Assembly (NCBI GenBank): GCA_964632485.1
Contig: CAZWDO010000031.1
Coordinates: 1-34,841 of the forward strand
Source: an uncultured bacterium
GTDB taxonomy: Bacteria > JAGOEH01
Direction of reading: 5' to 3'
DNA: 34,841 nucleotides
Below are positions 1 to 9,319 of this stretch, one piece after another. The notes under the pieces are model-generated. The model did no database searches. It saw only the letters and a list, made by a program, of their open reading frames with translations, and was not told the DNA's origin. A program made the position numbers and the translations under genes. Position 1 is the stretch's first letter; every line of letters starts with the position of its first letter.

Positions 1-71
1 CTTAGTACTTTGCAATAAACCAAGTTTACTCCATTTCGAGCTTGGAAGATCCGTTTTAAATTCATTGCCAA

Positions 72-908
72 CTAGAGTTCAGTAACCAGCCCAACGTATC
101 CAGGTACAACTTCGGCAGTCAACCTATTTGAAAATAGTTCGATCACCGCATTCCCCGTACAATGGCAGGGAATCAAGCGACTGATCTTTTCCCTGTTCAA
201 ATAATCTATTGTTTGCTCAAGCCGTTCGACACCAGCGGAATGGAGATGGAGTCCGCCAATGATGGTATGAATCTTTTCGCGGCCGCTGATTTTTTTAATC
301 GTTTCGCATGTATTGATTAATCCGGCATGGCAGCATCCGGTGATAATCGTCAGCCCCTCTTCCGTCTCGATCCAGAGGGAAGTTTCATCCATAATCAGAT
401 CAGGTTCCCGACCCGCGGAATCAAAGTAAAATGGACCGCCGGCATCCTCGCCGGCAAAAGACCGGGGAATAGGGCCCGTCAATCCTATGAGATTTTTTTT
501 TAAATAGACAGAACTCTCCAGCCAGATCAACCGATCCGTCGGCAGCGCCAGCAATGCCTCCCGTTCAGCGTTTGGAATGGAAATATCACGTGATGGCAGT
601 TCCTTTTTCAGACTGTAGCGTGTCGACAGAACTCCCCGTTGCGCATATACAATCAGTTTTGTATTGAGAGACAATAAATCGGCTAACGCCCCGGTATGGT
701 CATAATGCCCATGACTAATAACCAGGATATCAATTTCTTCCAATGGGCAACCTAAGCAGTCGGCATTATGGAGCAGAGAGTTTCCCTGCCCCACATCAAA
801 TAGTATCGGACTACCATCAGGAGTCTGAATCAGAACGCTGAAGCCATGTTCGGTCAAGCAGGGCGCCAACCCCTGATTGTCTGCCAAAATTGTTAACTGA
901 TAGCCCAT
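72..908 (-). CDS. MBL-fold metallo-hydrolase
   Basis: HxHxDH motif (SHGHYDH), N-terminal EHGFS and LFDVG motifs, GCCHAG, GGLH and PCHCTG motifs. Confidence 0.9.
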   Translation of the reverse strand: MGYQLTILADNQGLAPCLTEHGFSVLIQTPDGSPILFDVGQGNSLLHNADCLGCPLEEIDILVISHGHYDHTGALADLLSLNTKLIVYAQRGVLSTRYSLKKELPSRDISIPNAEREALLALPTDRLIWLESSVYLKKNLIGLTGPIPRSFAGEDAGGPFYFDSAGREPDLIMDETSLWIETEEGLTIITGCCHAGLINTCETIKKISGREKIHTIIGGLHLHSAGVERLEQTIDYLNREKISRLIPCHCTGNAVIELFSNRLTAEVVPGYVGLVTEL

Positions 909-936
909 TGTTAAAAATTTAACCTGTGTTCCCGGG

Positions 937-1275
937 TTAATGATCGCATGCGTTGGCGCCGGATTGCAGGGTTCCCGCTAAATAGGAATTTACAAGTGTT
1001 TCCGGAGTTTCGCAGGACGCGCCGACGATCACTTCAATTCCTTGTTGAATAAAAAGCGACTGCGCCCGTTGGCCCATGCCACCAGCGATGATCATATTGA
1101 CATCTCTTTCACCCAGCCAACGGGGCAATAAGCCCGGTTCGTGCGCCGGCGCTTTGATTTCGCTTTGAGCGACAATTTTCTTCTGTTCGGTATCCACATC
1201 CAGTATCGCAAACGCTTCACAATGTCCAAAATGCAGGTTTAAAAGCCCATTGGCTACGGGTACGGCGATTTTCAT
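937..1275 (-). CDS. NifB/NifX-family Mo-Fe cluster-binding protein (Orange protein-like)
   Basis: MKIAVP start, HFGHC, IAGGMG, C-terminal CDH; GGAGA RBS upstream. Confidence 0.88.
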   Translation of the reverse strand: MKIAVPVANGLLNLHFGHCEAFAILDVDTEQKKIVAQSEIKAPAHEPGLLPRWLGERDVNMIIAGGMGQRAQSLFIQQGIEVIVGASCETPETLVNSYLAGTLQSGANACDH

Positions 1276-1446
1276 CAGGTTCTCCTTTTTTTTACATAGA
1301 TTTAATGATCACACTCAGTTACTACAATACTCATCAAATAGAGCCGATTAGAACATATCCCCCAGCGTACGCCATCACTTAACTGCGTTGGCAGATTAAA
1401 ATTGCCGGGCTGGCTAAACCAATTCACAAGCTACCAGCTTATTGGC

Positions 1447-2337
1447 TCACCTCCCCAATTCATTCTGGATAGTTTCCCAAATTTGTCTGATTTCCCCCTC
1501 CGCCTGACTTGCGCCATATTCTACCACACTTTTTCCATTAACCTGGGCATGAGTTACTGCCGGGTCATAGCTGATTTTGCCGCAAAAATAAGCATGGTTA
1601 TCAATGGCATACTGTTCAATATCCGCCGTAATCGCTGGATTCAAATCCCATTTATTAACGCAAATCAACAAGGGGATTTTGAAATGGCTGACCAGACGCG
1701 CGACCCGGTCTAAATCATGTTTACCGGAAAGCGTGGGTTCAGTCACGGCCAGGACAGCATCAGCGCCGGTAACTGAAGCAATGACCGGACACCCGATTCC
1801 CGGCGGGCCGTCCACGATTAGCCACGATGCTTTTTTCTCTTCAGCTATTTCCCGGGCTTTACTTCGGACGACGGAAACCAGTTTACCAGAATTTTCAGCG
1901 GCCACTCCCAAACGCGCATGAACCATCGGACCACAACGGGTCTCCGCCACCATCCATTTACCGCATAATTGAACGGGGAAATCGATCGCTTGCAGAGGGC
2001 AAAACCGAACGCATACCCCGCAACCTTCGCATGCCACGGGATCGATACGAAATATTGGACGGCCATCGATAAATCCGCCCGGTCGGATAGCATCAAACCG
2101 ACATTGCATTTTACACGCGCCGCATCCCATACAGGATTGCTCGCGAATAACCGCCCGATTACCGCTATAGAATTCATGCGTTTCCGTATTGCGAGGCGCA
2201 AGTATTAAGTGCAAGTCAGCCGCATCCACATCGCAATCAGCCATAACAGCATCACCAGCCATCACAGCCAGTGAGGCCGTAACGCTCGTTTTTCCGGTAC
2301 CTCCTTTACCGCTAATCACAACTATTTCTTTCACCAA
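1447..2337 (-). CDS. MinD/ParA-family P-loop ATPase with inserted ferredoxin domain (Orp3/Orp4-like)
   Basis: Deviant Walker A SGKGGTGKT, DCDVDAADLHL, two CxxCxxCxxxC motifs, DGPPGIGCP. Confidence 0.92.
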   Translation of the reverse strand: MVKEIVVISGKGGTGKTSVTASLAVMAGDAVMADCDVDAADLHLILAPRNTETHEFYSGNRAVIREQSCMGCGACKMQCRFDAIRPGGFIDGRPIFRIDPVACEGCGVCVRFCPLQAIDFPVQLCGKWMVAETRCGPMVHARLGVAAENSGKLVSVVRSKAREIAEEKKASWLIVDGPPGIGCPVIASVTGADAVLAVTEPTLSGKHDLDRVARLVSHFKIPLLICVNKWDLNPAITADIEQYAIDNHAYFCGKISYDPAVTHAQVNGKSVVEYGASQAEGEIRQIWETIQNELGR

Positions 2338-2499
2338 TCACTTCCTTTTTTAATGTATGAAAATTTTAACCATTTTTTTAGTGACATCAGTCATCTCCGA
2401 TGGTGTAAGTTTTCCAGATATTTTATCGCAATCATTAAATGGATCATCAACCCGGTAGAACAGGCCCATAAATATAGTTGCAAGGATGGACTGCCACTA

Positions 2500-2772
2500 T
2501 TATTCTCCACATCCCGGAGAATCACATCGCGCCGTTCGTCCGCAACAGGTTCTGCCGGTTTGTTCCAATGAACAACTACTATTTTCTCGTTCACCGTGTC
2601 CATCTGAATGATGCATTCCGCCCCCCTTCAGTAAAAATCCACTTCCCCCGGAAATTAACCGTTTCAGATTTCCTTTGCAGGTCGGGCATTCCTTTAACGG
2701 CGCATCGGTCATGTTTTGGCGCTGTTCAAAGCGATAGCCACAATCGTTACATTGATACTCATAGACGGGCAT
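2500..2772 (-). CDS. FmdB-family zinc-ribbon protein with Cys-rich tail
   Basis: MPVYEYQCNDCG and CPTCKG motifs; overlaps the end of the upstream ATPase gene. Confidence 0.88.
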   Translation of the reverse strand: MPVYEYQCNDCGYRFEQRQNMTDAPLKECPTCKGNLKRLISGGSGFLLKGGGMHHSDGHGERENSSCSLEQTGRTCCGRTARCDSPGCGE

Positions 2773-3622
2773 ACATTTTCTCCTGTGATTGGGTTACTCC
2801 GGTCAAAAAATCGATAAGGCCGGCAATTATTTTTTGATATTCAGGCAGGGCATCGACTGCCAACACACCCCGGGAGTAAGCTTCCGCCACCCGACGATCG
2901 TCAGCGATTTCTAAAAGTATTGGAATTTTTTCATCTCGGCAATAGCATTGAACCCGATCATCACCCACTCCCATCCGGTTTACAATCACTCCAAACGGGA
3001 CATTAAGTTCCCGCGTCATCTCAACTGCCAGTTTCAAATCATGCAAACCAAACGGTGTCGGCTCTGTTACCAGCAAGACAAAATCAGCCTCACGAAGAGT
3101 AGTAACCACGGGACAGGAGGTACCCGGAGGCGCATCGAGAATGACAATATCCCGTTGTTTGATATGCGATTTCAATGCCCGGATCAAGGGCGGAGCCATA
3201 GCGACTCCAATATCAAGTTTTCCATGCGTTAAGGTGATTTTACCCGATTTATAAGATTCAATTACACCAATGCGCCTCTTTTTTTCCCGAATCGCCCGTT
3301 TGGTACAAACCCGCATACAACCACCGCAACTATGGCACAACTCTTCAAAAATTAAGGGTTTTGTTCCAAATGAGACAATCGCATGATAGCGACAAAACCG
3401 GCCGCACTCCCCACAGGCATCACAACGTTCTTCATTCACTTCAGGAACCAACGCATAAACTTCTTCCATACTCAGCGCCTCCCCTTTTATAAAGAGATGG
3501 GCGTTCGGCTCTTCCACATCACAATCGAAGAGTTGCGTCGGAGTTCCCCAGGATTTCGCTAAATTGCACGCTACCGTGGTTTTTCCAGTTCCTCCCTTGC
3601 CGGAAGCTACTGCTATGATCAT
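2759..3622 (-). CDS. MinD/ParA-family P-loop ATPase with inserted ferredoxin domain (Orp3/Orp4-like)
   Basis: ASGKGGTGKTT, DCDVEEPNAHLF, two CxxCxxCxxxC motifs, DAPPGTSCP. Confidence 0.92.
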   Translation of the reverse strand: MIIAVASGKGGTGKTTVACNLAKSWGTPTQLFDCDVEEPNAHLFIKGEALSMEEVYALVPEVNEERCDACGECGRFCRYHAIVSFGTKPLIFEELCHSCGGCMRVCTKRAIREKKRRIGVIESYKSGKITLTHGKLDIGVAMAPPLIRALKSHIKQRDIVILDAPPGTSCPVVTTLREADFVLLVTEPTPFGLHDLKLAVEMTRELNVPFGVIVNRMGVGDDRVQCYCRDEKIPILLEIADDRRVAEAYSRGVLAVDALPEYQKIIAGLIDFLTGVTQSQEKMYARL

Positions 3623-3803
3623 AAAATTCTCCTCTTAAGCTTTACCGTTTGTACTTTTAATAACAATAACATTCTCTGAGCGCTCAATATCCGGTTAACC
3701 CATTAGAATCCGGGAAAAAGTTAACTGGCCGGACAGCTTGATTATCAACCGCTTGCAAAAACATTTATGAACTGATAAGGGCAGCATTTTTTATATTTCA
3801 AAA

Positions 3804-4328
3804 CTATGCCACATCTAAAGAAAATTGCGCAGCCCGATCGATCGTTCCGCTCAAACGAAACAAGCCACTCGAAGAAACTACCCTAAGTATTGATTCAAAA
3901 GGCAAATGGTGATCAGTTATAGATAGAATTCCATCCCCTTTCAGAGTCGCCGCGATTTTTTTTAAAAGCCCTTCAGAATCAGATAAATGATGAAGAAGAT
4001 CGTACAACAGGACGATATCGACAGACTTGCTATCGATTTGCGAAAAATTCGAACCATCAATGACGTTAATCTGATCCAAGCCTCGCCCGGCAGCGCGTCG
4101 CCGCGTCGATTCCAAAGCCTGAGGATGAATATCAAGCGCCCACACCTTCCCTTCATTGCCGACCAACTGTCCCGCCGCTATTGAAAAGCCGCCCGGTCCG
4201 CAACCAAAATCCAGTACCGTCATTCCTTCCCTGATTCCGATTTTACGCAGCAGATTAATCGGCGGATGAAATAAATCCCGAATTCGAAATTCCAACGCCA
4301 TCAACCGAAACGAAAAAGCATTCTGCAT
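3804..4328 (-). CDS. Class I SAM-dependent methyltransferase
   Basis: Motif I VLDFGCGPG, acidic WALDI motif, VDIVLL. Confidence 0.85.
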   Translation of the reverse strand: MQNAFSFRLMALEFRIRDLFHPPINLLRKIGIREGMTVLDFGCGPGGFSIAAGQLVGNEGKVWALDIHPQALESTRRRAAGRGLDQINVIDGSNFSQIDSKSVDIVLLYDLLHHLSDSEGLLKKIAATLKGDGILSITDHHLPFESILRVVSSSGLFRLSGTIDRAAQFSLDVA

Positions 4329-4377
4329 ACATTTTCCTTTACAAAAAAATTCAACAACTTTACTAAAATCAAAGAAT

Positions 4378-5241
4378 TTAGTGATTCAGACTGATACTAT
4401 CAGCCACAATAAAACTTCCGATAGGCTGGTTAATATGAGTCGCGATTACCGGACATTTTACCTTGAATAGAAAAAAGAGCGGGGCGGAAACATCGCTGAG
4501 TGTTTCAAAATTCCCCTGGCCTTTGGCAATAATCAAATCAGCTTGATTAAATTTGGCAAGAAACTCAGCCGAGCAATCGCTCAATACCGTACCCGGAGCA
4601 TCAGAACCATTATCGATCACGGAAACCAGACCAAACAAACCAGCATCCCGCGCATCCTGCAACGTCGCGTCATTAATAACCGGCTGTCCTCGTACAACAA
4701 CCGTAACTGATTTTGAAGCCATTCGTTCAATGAGTAACCTGTCCAAAACAATCTCACCAGCATTGTCCGCCAGATAGAGAATGCTACTTGCCCGATCCAA
4801 CGCGGAACGGAACGCATCCATATCTCCACGTACCGGTTGCGTAACCGTCTCCAAAATGGAGCGTCGTAAGATGGGTTCAGAAACATCACCGGCAACACCC
4901 ATATCGATGACATTACCGGCGATGGCAATCCTTACCGCAGAAAGCAGGGGATCCTCTGATATGTTTATTGTTTCGCGTAATTGTGGCAATAAATCGTATG
5001 CCATACGGTTGAATATTTTTTTTTCCGTGGAATACGGATCATTAACACCGGTTAATTCCCGTATTCGGCGGTGAATACGCTGTCCGATCAAAGGAGCGGG
5101 CAATTCTAAATCTACATCGCACGCCCAAGTGAGAGTTTCCCGTAAAATCTGTTCGTGAATTTTTGGGTCCGAGGATACCAACCGGGCAGATTCCAGCGCC
5201 TGGCGGATAAAACATGGAATACAATCCAGTTCCATTTTCAT
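4378..5241 (-). CDS. DUF89/ARMT1-like damage-control phosphatase
   Basis: N-terminal CxxC, AIAGNVID, YLADNAGE, INDAT, IIAKGQGNFETL. Confidence 0.9.
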   Translation of the reverse strand: MKMELDCIPCFIRQALESARLVSSDPKIHEQILRETLTWACDVDLELPAPLIGQRIHRRIRELTGVNDPYSTEKKIFNRMAYDLLPQLRETINISEDPLLSAVRIAIAGNVIDMGVAGDVSEPILRRSILETVTQPVRGDMDAFRSALDRASSILYLADNAGEIVLDRLLIERMASKSVTVVVRGQPVINDATLQDARDAGLFGLVSVIDNGSDAPGTVLSDCSAEFLAKFNQADLIIAKGQGNFETLSDVSAPLFFLFKVKCPVIATHINQPIGSFIVADSISLNH

Positions 5242-5366
5242 AATTTTATATATTTTTCCTTAAATTATTATTTTTACTGCAGGTCATGGGAAAGCCACCC
5301 ACTGCCTGTTACCGTTTCCAATAGGATAAGAACCTGTATGGGATACGCAGGGATAAGGGGGAATTT

Positions 5367-5729
5367 TCACGCCCAATGACCTTCCACATCGGCGTTGGTC
5401 GATTCCTCCAACTTACCTTCCCGATACAGAGCGAGCGCTTCCGCGATTGTGACAGGATTGCAATTGAAAATCTTAATACCTGCAGCCGACAGAACCCGAA
5501 AGGCTTTTGGCCCGCAATGACCGGTAATCAATACTTTAGCGCCGCTGCGGGCAACGGTTTCAGCCGATTGGATACCCGCTCCTTGAGCCGCATTCAAATT
5601 CTGTGTATTATCAACCAGTTCAAACGAATCACTCTCTAAATGATAAATTAAAAATCGAGGGGCCCGACCAAAACGGGAGTCCAACTGCCCATTCAAATCA
5701 GTACCGGAAGTCGAAAACGCAATTTTCAT
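5367..5729 (-). CDS. NifB/NifX-family protein (Orange protein-like)
   Basis: RFGRAPRF, QGAGIQSA, TGHCGPKAF and GHW motifs; start moved to ATG 5729 (MKIAF), which has a GGAGT RBS. Confidence 0.88.
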   Translation of the reverse strand: MKIAFSTSGTDLNGQLDSRFGRAPRFLIYHLESDSFELVDNTQNLNAAQGAGIQSAETVARSGAKVLITGHCGPKAFRVLSAAGIKIFNCNPVTIAEALALYREGKLEESTNADVEGHWA

Positions 5730-5747
5730 ACAGCATACTCCTTTTTC

Positions 5748-5785
5748 AAAAAATAGGCGGCCGCTATCTTTTTTTACGACCGCCT
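5748..5785 (-). terminator. Terminator-like hairpin inside the orp-like cluster
   Basis: AGGCGGCCG (5755-5763) pairs with CGACCGCCT (5777-5785) with one mismatch; followed by ATTTTTT on the minus strand. Confidence 0.4.
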
Positions 5786-5943
5786 TTTCCAAGACTCTAT
5801 AGACGCTCTATCATAAACCTGCTACGCGCTTATTTTGGACAGCATCAGCAATCCAGAAGCACTCGCTGAATTGGATGGCGCTATCCGGCCACCCAACCCC
5901 GCCGATTGTTAAACCAATCATGAAAAAAAAACAACACCCGGTA

Positions 5944-6294
5944 TCAGGCTTTTCCCGCCTTGGATTCGAGCTGATCAAGACGACTATGAATCCGTTCTAA
6001 TTCGGTCTGCATAACCTGAGCCTGGTTGACAAGCAGCGCTTTTTCATTTTCCAAATCAGTAGAAGACATTTTATCCGTTGCATTGGGAAAATTTCCGTTA
6101 AACCATTGATTAGGCTGAAACCAACGCCAAAAACCGCGGCCCCCGCCTCCAGCTCGATTGAATCCACGACCCATTCCTCCTCTACGCATCGTCGGCATTG
6201 CAAATCCGGTCATCGACTTTTCGACGCAGTATCCAGCGCCGCGTCCCGTCATGGGACCTTGTCCATTCGGACCTGTTCGATCTCCTCTGGGCAT
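5944..6294 (-). CDS. DUF5320-family Gly/Arg-rich protein
   Basis: MPRGDRTGPNGQGPMTGRGAGYC N-terminus, GRG-rich middle, C-terminal coiled coil. Confidence 0.88.
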   Translation of the reverse strand: MPRGDRTGPNGQGPMTGRGAGYCVEKSMTGFAMPTMRRGGMGRGFNRAGGGGRGFWRWFQPNQWFNGNFPNATDKMSSTDLENEKALLVNQAQVMQTELERIHSRLDQLESKAGKA

Positions 6295-6318
6295 ATTAAA
6301 ACTCCTTTCAACAAAAAA

Positions 6319-6723
6319 TTAATCACCTTTGATGCGATATTCCGATTTTCCATGTCGCCAGCCATGATTCCGGCAATTCCGGCGCGGACATCTGCAACCA
6401 GGCATAGTATAGCGCTTAAACTCTGTTTCACCGGCATGCAACGCCCGTATAACTTCGCGTATTTCACCGGCAACATACGAAAAAACTTTTATTCCCCGCG
6501 CCGACAATTTTTCCAACGCTTCCTTTGAGGCCGCTCCACAAATCAATAACTCCATTCCAGCGCTCATCAAGGCTTCCGCTTTTTCAATCGCGTTTAATTG
6601 CGGCATACTCAGCGATGCTTCACTGACAATCTGAGCTTGCTCCACTTCAAGTAATAAAAAGTTTCCGGCAGAATCAAAAACCGGGGCAATTCTGCCATTC
6701 CAAATCGGTATCGCTATCTTCAT
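6319..6723 (-). CDS. NifB/NifX-family protein
   Basis: MKIAIP...RIAPVFD, LICGA, MPGC followed by a basic tail; start moved to ATG 6723 because GTG 6741 lies inside the sigma54 promoter. Confidence 0.85.
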   Translation of the reverse strand: MKIAIPIWNGRIAPVFDSAGNFLLLEVEQAQIVSEASLSMPQLNAIEKAEALMSAGMELLICGAASKEALEKLSARGIKVFSYVAGEIREVIRALHAGETEFKRYTMPGCRCPRRNCRNHGWRHGKSEYRIKGD

Positions 6724-6736
6724 ACTTTCATAATAC

Positions 6737-6752
6737 TGCACGAACTATGCCA
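6737..6752 (-). promoter_or_regulatory. sigma54 (-24/-12) promoter of the orp-like operon
   Basis: Minus strand TGGCATAGTTCGTGCA has exact GG-N10-GC spacing and closely matches TGGCAC-N5-TTGCA; adjacent to a sigma54 activator gene. Confidence 0.85.
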
Positions 6753-6797
6753 CTTTTCATACTTTCACTCCAAGGGGTATAGTAATGCGATTCTAAA

Positions 6798-6810
6798 GAT
6801 CAATTGCTTG
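6798..6810 (+). promoter_or_regulatory. Putative IHF site
   Basis: GATCAATTGCTTG differs from WATCAA-N4-TTR at one position; lies between the promoter and the candidate enhancer. Confidence 0.4.
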
Positions 6811-6987
6811 GGCTTTTCCATTGCGCTTAATTGGCAAACACAATGGAAATTTTATTGAATCAGCTTAGATATAACACGTTAAGTTTCCTTTACCTACGCG
6901 GTGAGCATACAACTAATAATTACAGCAAAGTAAAAAATTACCAGAAAAATCAATTCCAACATGATGGGTCATGTAAAAAGCATCTAA

Positions 6988-7040
6988 TGTTGCAGAAGTG
7001 CGACACTACTACAACGGTATATCGTCTCATTTCTGCAAAT
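6988..7040. promoter_or_regulatory. Putative upstream activator sites for the sigma54 activator
   Basis: Palindrome TGTTGCA-GAAG-TGCGACA (6988-7005) and a weaker inverted copy CGTCTCA-TTTC-TGCAAAT (7023-7040, 13/18 match), about 240-290 bp upstream of the -24 element. Confidence 0.5.
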
Positions 7041-7075
7041 AAAAAAGGCGGACACACTGTGTGAACCCGCCTTTT
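7041..7075. terminator. Intrinsic terminator downstream of the sigma54 activator gene
   Basis: AAAAGGCGG...CCGCCTTTT inverted repeat with A/T tracts on both sides. Confidence 0.7.
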
Positions 7076-7154
7076 GAAGTGATCCATTAGATTTATCGAA
7101 GATCTGTTTTTTAACCTTACAATAATTTTTTAGGACGGAATGCAAGGTTTATCA

Positions 7155-8534
7155 TCAGCTTCTACCGTCCTGTTCAGGTAGTTTGATATGGTACTTATGA
7201 ATTTTCCGATATAGGGTGGACTTATCAATTTTTAAATCTCTGGCCGCGGCCGCCCGATTAAAATGATTTCGCGCCAGCGTATCTTCAATCATTTGCTGCT
7301 CTGTATTCCATTTTGCATGCTGAAAGCTTAACCCCAAGTCCGGATGGTTGTTTTTCAGGGGTTCCGGTTTTTTGCTCAAGTCAGTGGGTAAAGAATCAAT
7401 ACTAATTATTTTTTTCGGGCTCAGTACGACCGCCCGTTCAACAATATTTTCCAATTCCCGGATATTTCCCGGCCAATCATAATCCAAAAATAGCGCAAAA
7501 ACTTCAGAAGAGAATCCGGCAATCGATTTATGAAGAGTTTGATTATATTTTTCGAGAAAATGCTGGGCGAGCAGAGGAATATCTTCTTTTCTTTGGCGTA
7601 AGGGCGGGATTTCCAGAGAAATGATGTTGATCCGATAAAACAAGTCCTGACGAAACGTTCCATTTTGAACCATCTCCTTTAAATTTTTATTTGTAGCGCA
7701 GATAATTCGAGCATTTGTTTTTTCTGAACGGACAGCCCCTAAGGGATCGTACTCATGCTCCTGCAGCACCCGCAGCAATCGAACTTGTAGAGCGGGAGAA
7801 ATTTCACCGATTTCATCCAGAAATAACGTACCGTTTTCAGCCAGCGCAAAACGTCCCGGTTTATTTTTATCCGCGCCGGTAAACGCTCCTTTTTTATACC
7901 CGAAAAGCTCAGATTCCAGTAATGTATCCGGCAATGCTCCGCAATTAATTGCTACAAACGGACCATCCCCGCGCGAACTCTGTCGGTGTAACGCGCGGGC
8001 TAGCAATTCTTTTCCCGTCCCCGTCTCTCCCTGAATCAATACAACGCTAATACTGGCGGCTATAACTGGAATCACCTCGCTAAGCTTAGCCATGGAAGGA
8101 CTATGGCTCAGCAATTCACCACCGCCAACTCGCGCAACTATTTCTTTGCGCAGGCTCTCAATTTCAGTCAAATCACGAAACGTCTCGGCTCCACCCATAA
8201 TGTCGCCATCCTGATCACGCATGACAGCAGTTGAAACACTAACAGGAAGACGATTCCCTTTAAGATCGATTATATAGCCATGCTGATTGATCAAGGGTTT
8301 GCCATTTTTAAATGTCTTACGAAGAGGACAATCTTGTTCACACATATTTGATTTGAACACTTCGCAACAAAATTTGCCTAACGCGTCTCCCCGCTTGATA
8401 CCTGTAATTATCTCTGCTGCCCGATTAAAATAGGTTATTTTCCAATCTGGATCAACAGTAAACACCCCGTCCGAAATACTTTCTAAAATTATTTCAGTAA
8501 TCAACGTTTTATTGGACATATCATTAAAATCCAT
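7155..8534 (-). CDS. PAS-domain sigma54-dependent activator (OrpR-like)
   Basis: PAS with Cys cluster (FCCEVFKSNMCEQDCP), GETGTGKE, GAFTGA, LFLDEIGE, C-terminal Fis-type HTH; start could be 8519. Confidence 0.93.
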   Translation of the reverse strand: MDFNDMSNKTLITEIILESISDGVFTVDPDWKITYFNRAAEIITGIKRGDALGKFCCEVFKSNMCEQDCPLRKTFKNGKPLINQHGYIIDLKGNRLPVSVSTAVMRDQDGDIMGGAETFRDLTEIESLRKEIVARVGGGELLSHSPSMAKLSEVIPVIAASISVVLIQGETGTGKELLARALHRQSSRGDGPFVAINCGALPDTLLESELFGYKKGAFTGADKNKPGRFALAENGTLFLDEIGEISPALQVRLLRVLQEHEYDPLGAVRSEKTNARIICATNKNLKEMVQNGTFRQDLFYRINIISLEIPPLRQRKEDIPLLAQHFLEKYNQTLHKSIAGFSSEVFALFLDYDWPGNIRELENIVERAVVLSPKKIISIDSLPTDLSKKPEPLKNNHPDLGLSFQHAKWNTEQQMIEDTLARNHFNRAAAARDLKIDKSTLYRKIHKYHIKLPEQDGRS

Positions 8535-8585
8535 TCAGTTGTGATTTCAAAAACTCTAAAATCTGAATAAACATTAAAAAATCAC

Positions 8586-8614
8586 TTGACTTATTTAATA
8601 ATGTTCATTATATT
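8586..8614 (+). promoter_or_regulatory. sigma70-type promoter of the tetR-family gene
   Basis: TTGACT-N17-TATATT about 50 bp before ATG 8666. Confidence 0.6.
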
Positions 8615-8665
8615 AATAGTGTTAAAAATTTTAATGGTTGTTAATATTTTAAACTGGGGTTTAAC

Positions 8666-9262
8666 ATGGACAAAAAAACGATTCAGGAAGACCGTATCCG
8701 AAATTATTTTATCGATGCGGCGAGAGATATCATCCGCGGCGAAGGAATCAACGCGATCAGCGCGCGCAATGTAGCGGACCGGGCCGGCTATTCATACGGT
8801 ACGCTATATAACTATTTCAAAGATATCCGGGATCTGATTTTCCAATGCGCGCAGGAATTTATGTCGGAATGTCGTGAATTTGTCATAGAGCAAAGCGCCG
8901 GAGCCGCCCCGGGAAGGGAGCGATGCCGTATCATCTGCCGGGAATATGCAAAATTTTTTATTCAATACCCAGGCATTTTTGAGTTGCTTTTCACGCAAAA
9001 ATTGACGGATATGGCAACTTCTGATTCGGAAGTAACAAAGATCGATACTCTTTTCGATTCGCTTATTGCTGAAGAGATCAACACCCTAGCGGCTGAAGAT
9101 CTCCGATCGGCAGGGAATGGGGGTTCAGCCGGTAATTCGCTAAAAAACCTGAAATTTTCCTTGCATGGATTGCTGATGCTCACTATATTCCGCCGCCATC
9201 CCCTTCCCTTTCCGGAGTTAATGGCGGAAATCGATCAATTAGTCGAGATTTGTCTAAGTTAG
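8666..9262 (+). CDS. TetR/AcrR-family regulator
   Basis: N-terminal HTH SARNVADRAGYSYGTLYNYF; 198 aa. Confidence 0.92.
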   Translation: MDKKTIQEDRIRNYFIDAARDIIRGEGINAISARNVADRAGYSYGTLYNYFKDIRDLIFQCAQEFMSECREFVIEQSAGAAPGRERCRIICREYAKFFIQYPGIFELLFTQKLTDMATSDSEVTKIDTLFDSLIAEEINTLAAEDLRSAGNGGSAGNSLKNLKFSLHGLLMLTIFRRHPLPFPELMAEIDQLVEICLS

Positions 9263-9319
9263 CAGAATTATGTTCCGAATCCGAAAAAAGTGATAAGCGC
9301 CTATGATGCTCAGTGATTT

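Noticed and set aside
1302-1427. 41-aa minus-strand ORF ending in CDH like the neighbouring NifX-like protein
   Set aside because: GTG start without an RBS and no similarity beyond the last three residues; probably chance.
937-6723. Nitrogen fixation cluster
   Set aside because: NifB/NifX-like domains occur without nifH, nifD, nifK, nifE or nifN; the context matches orp-like clusters.
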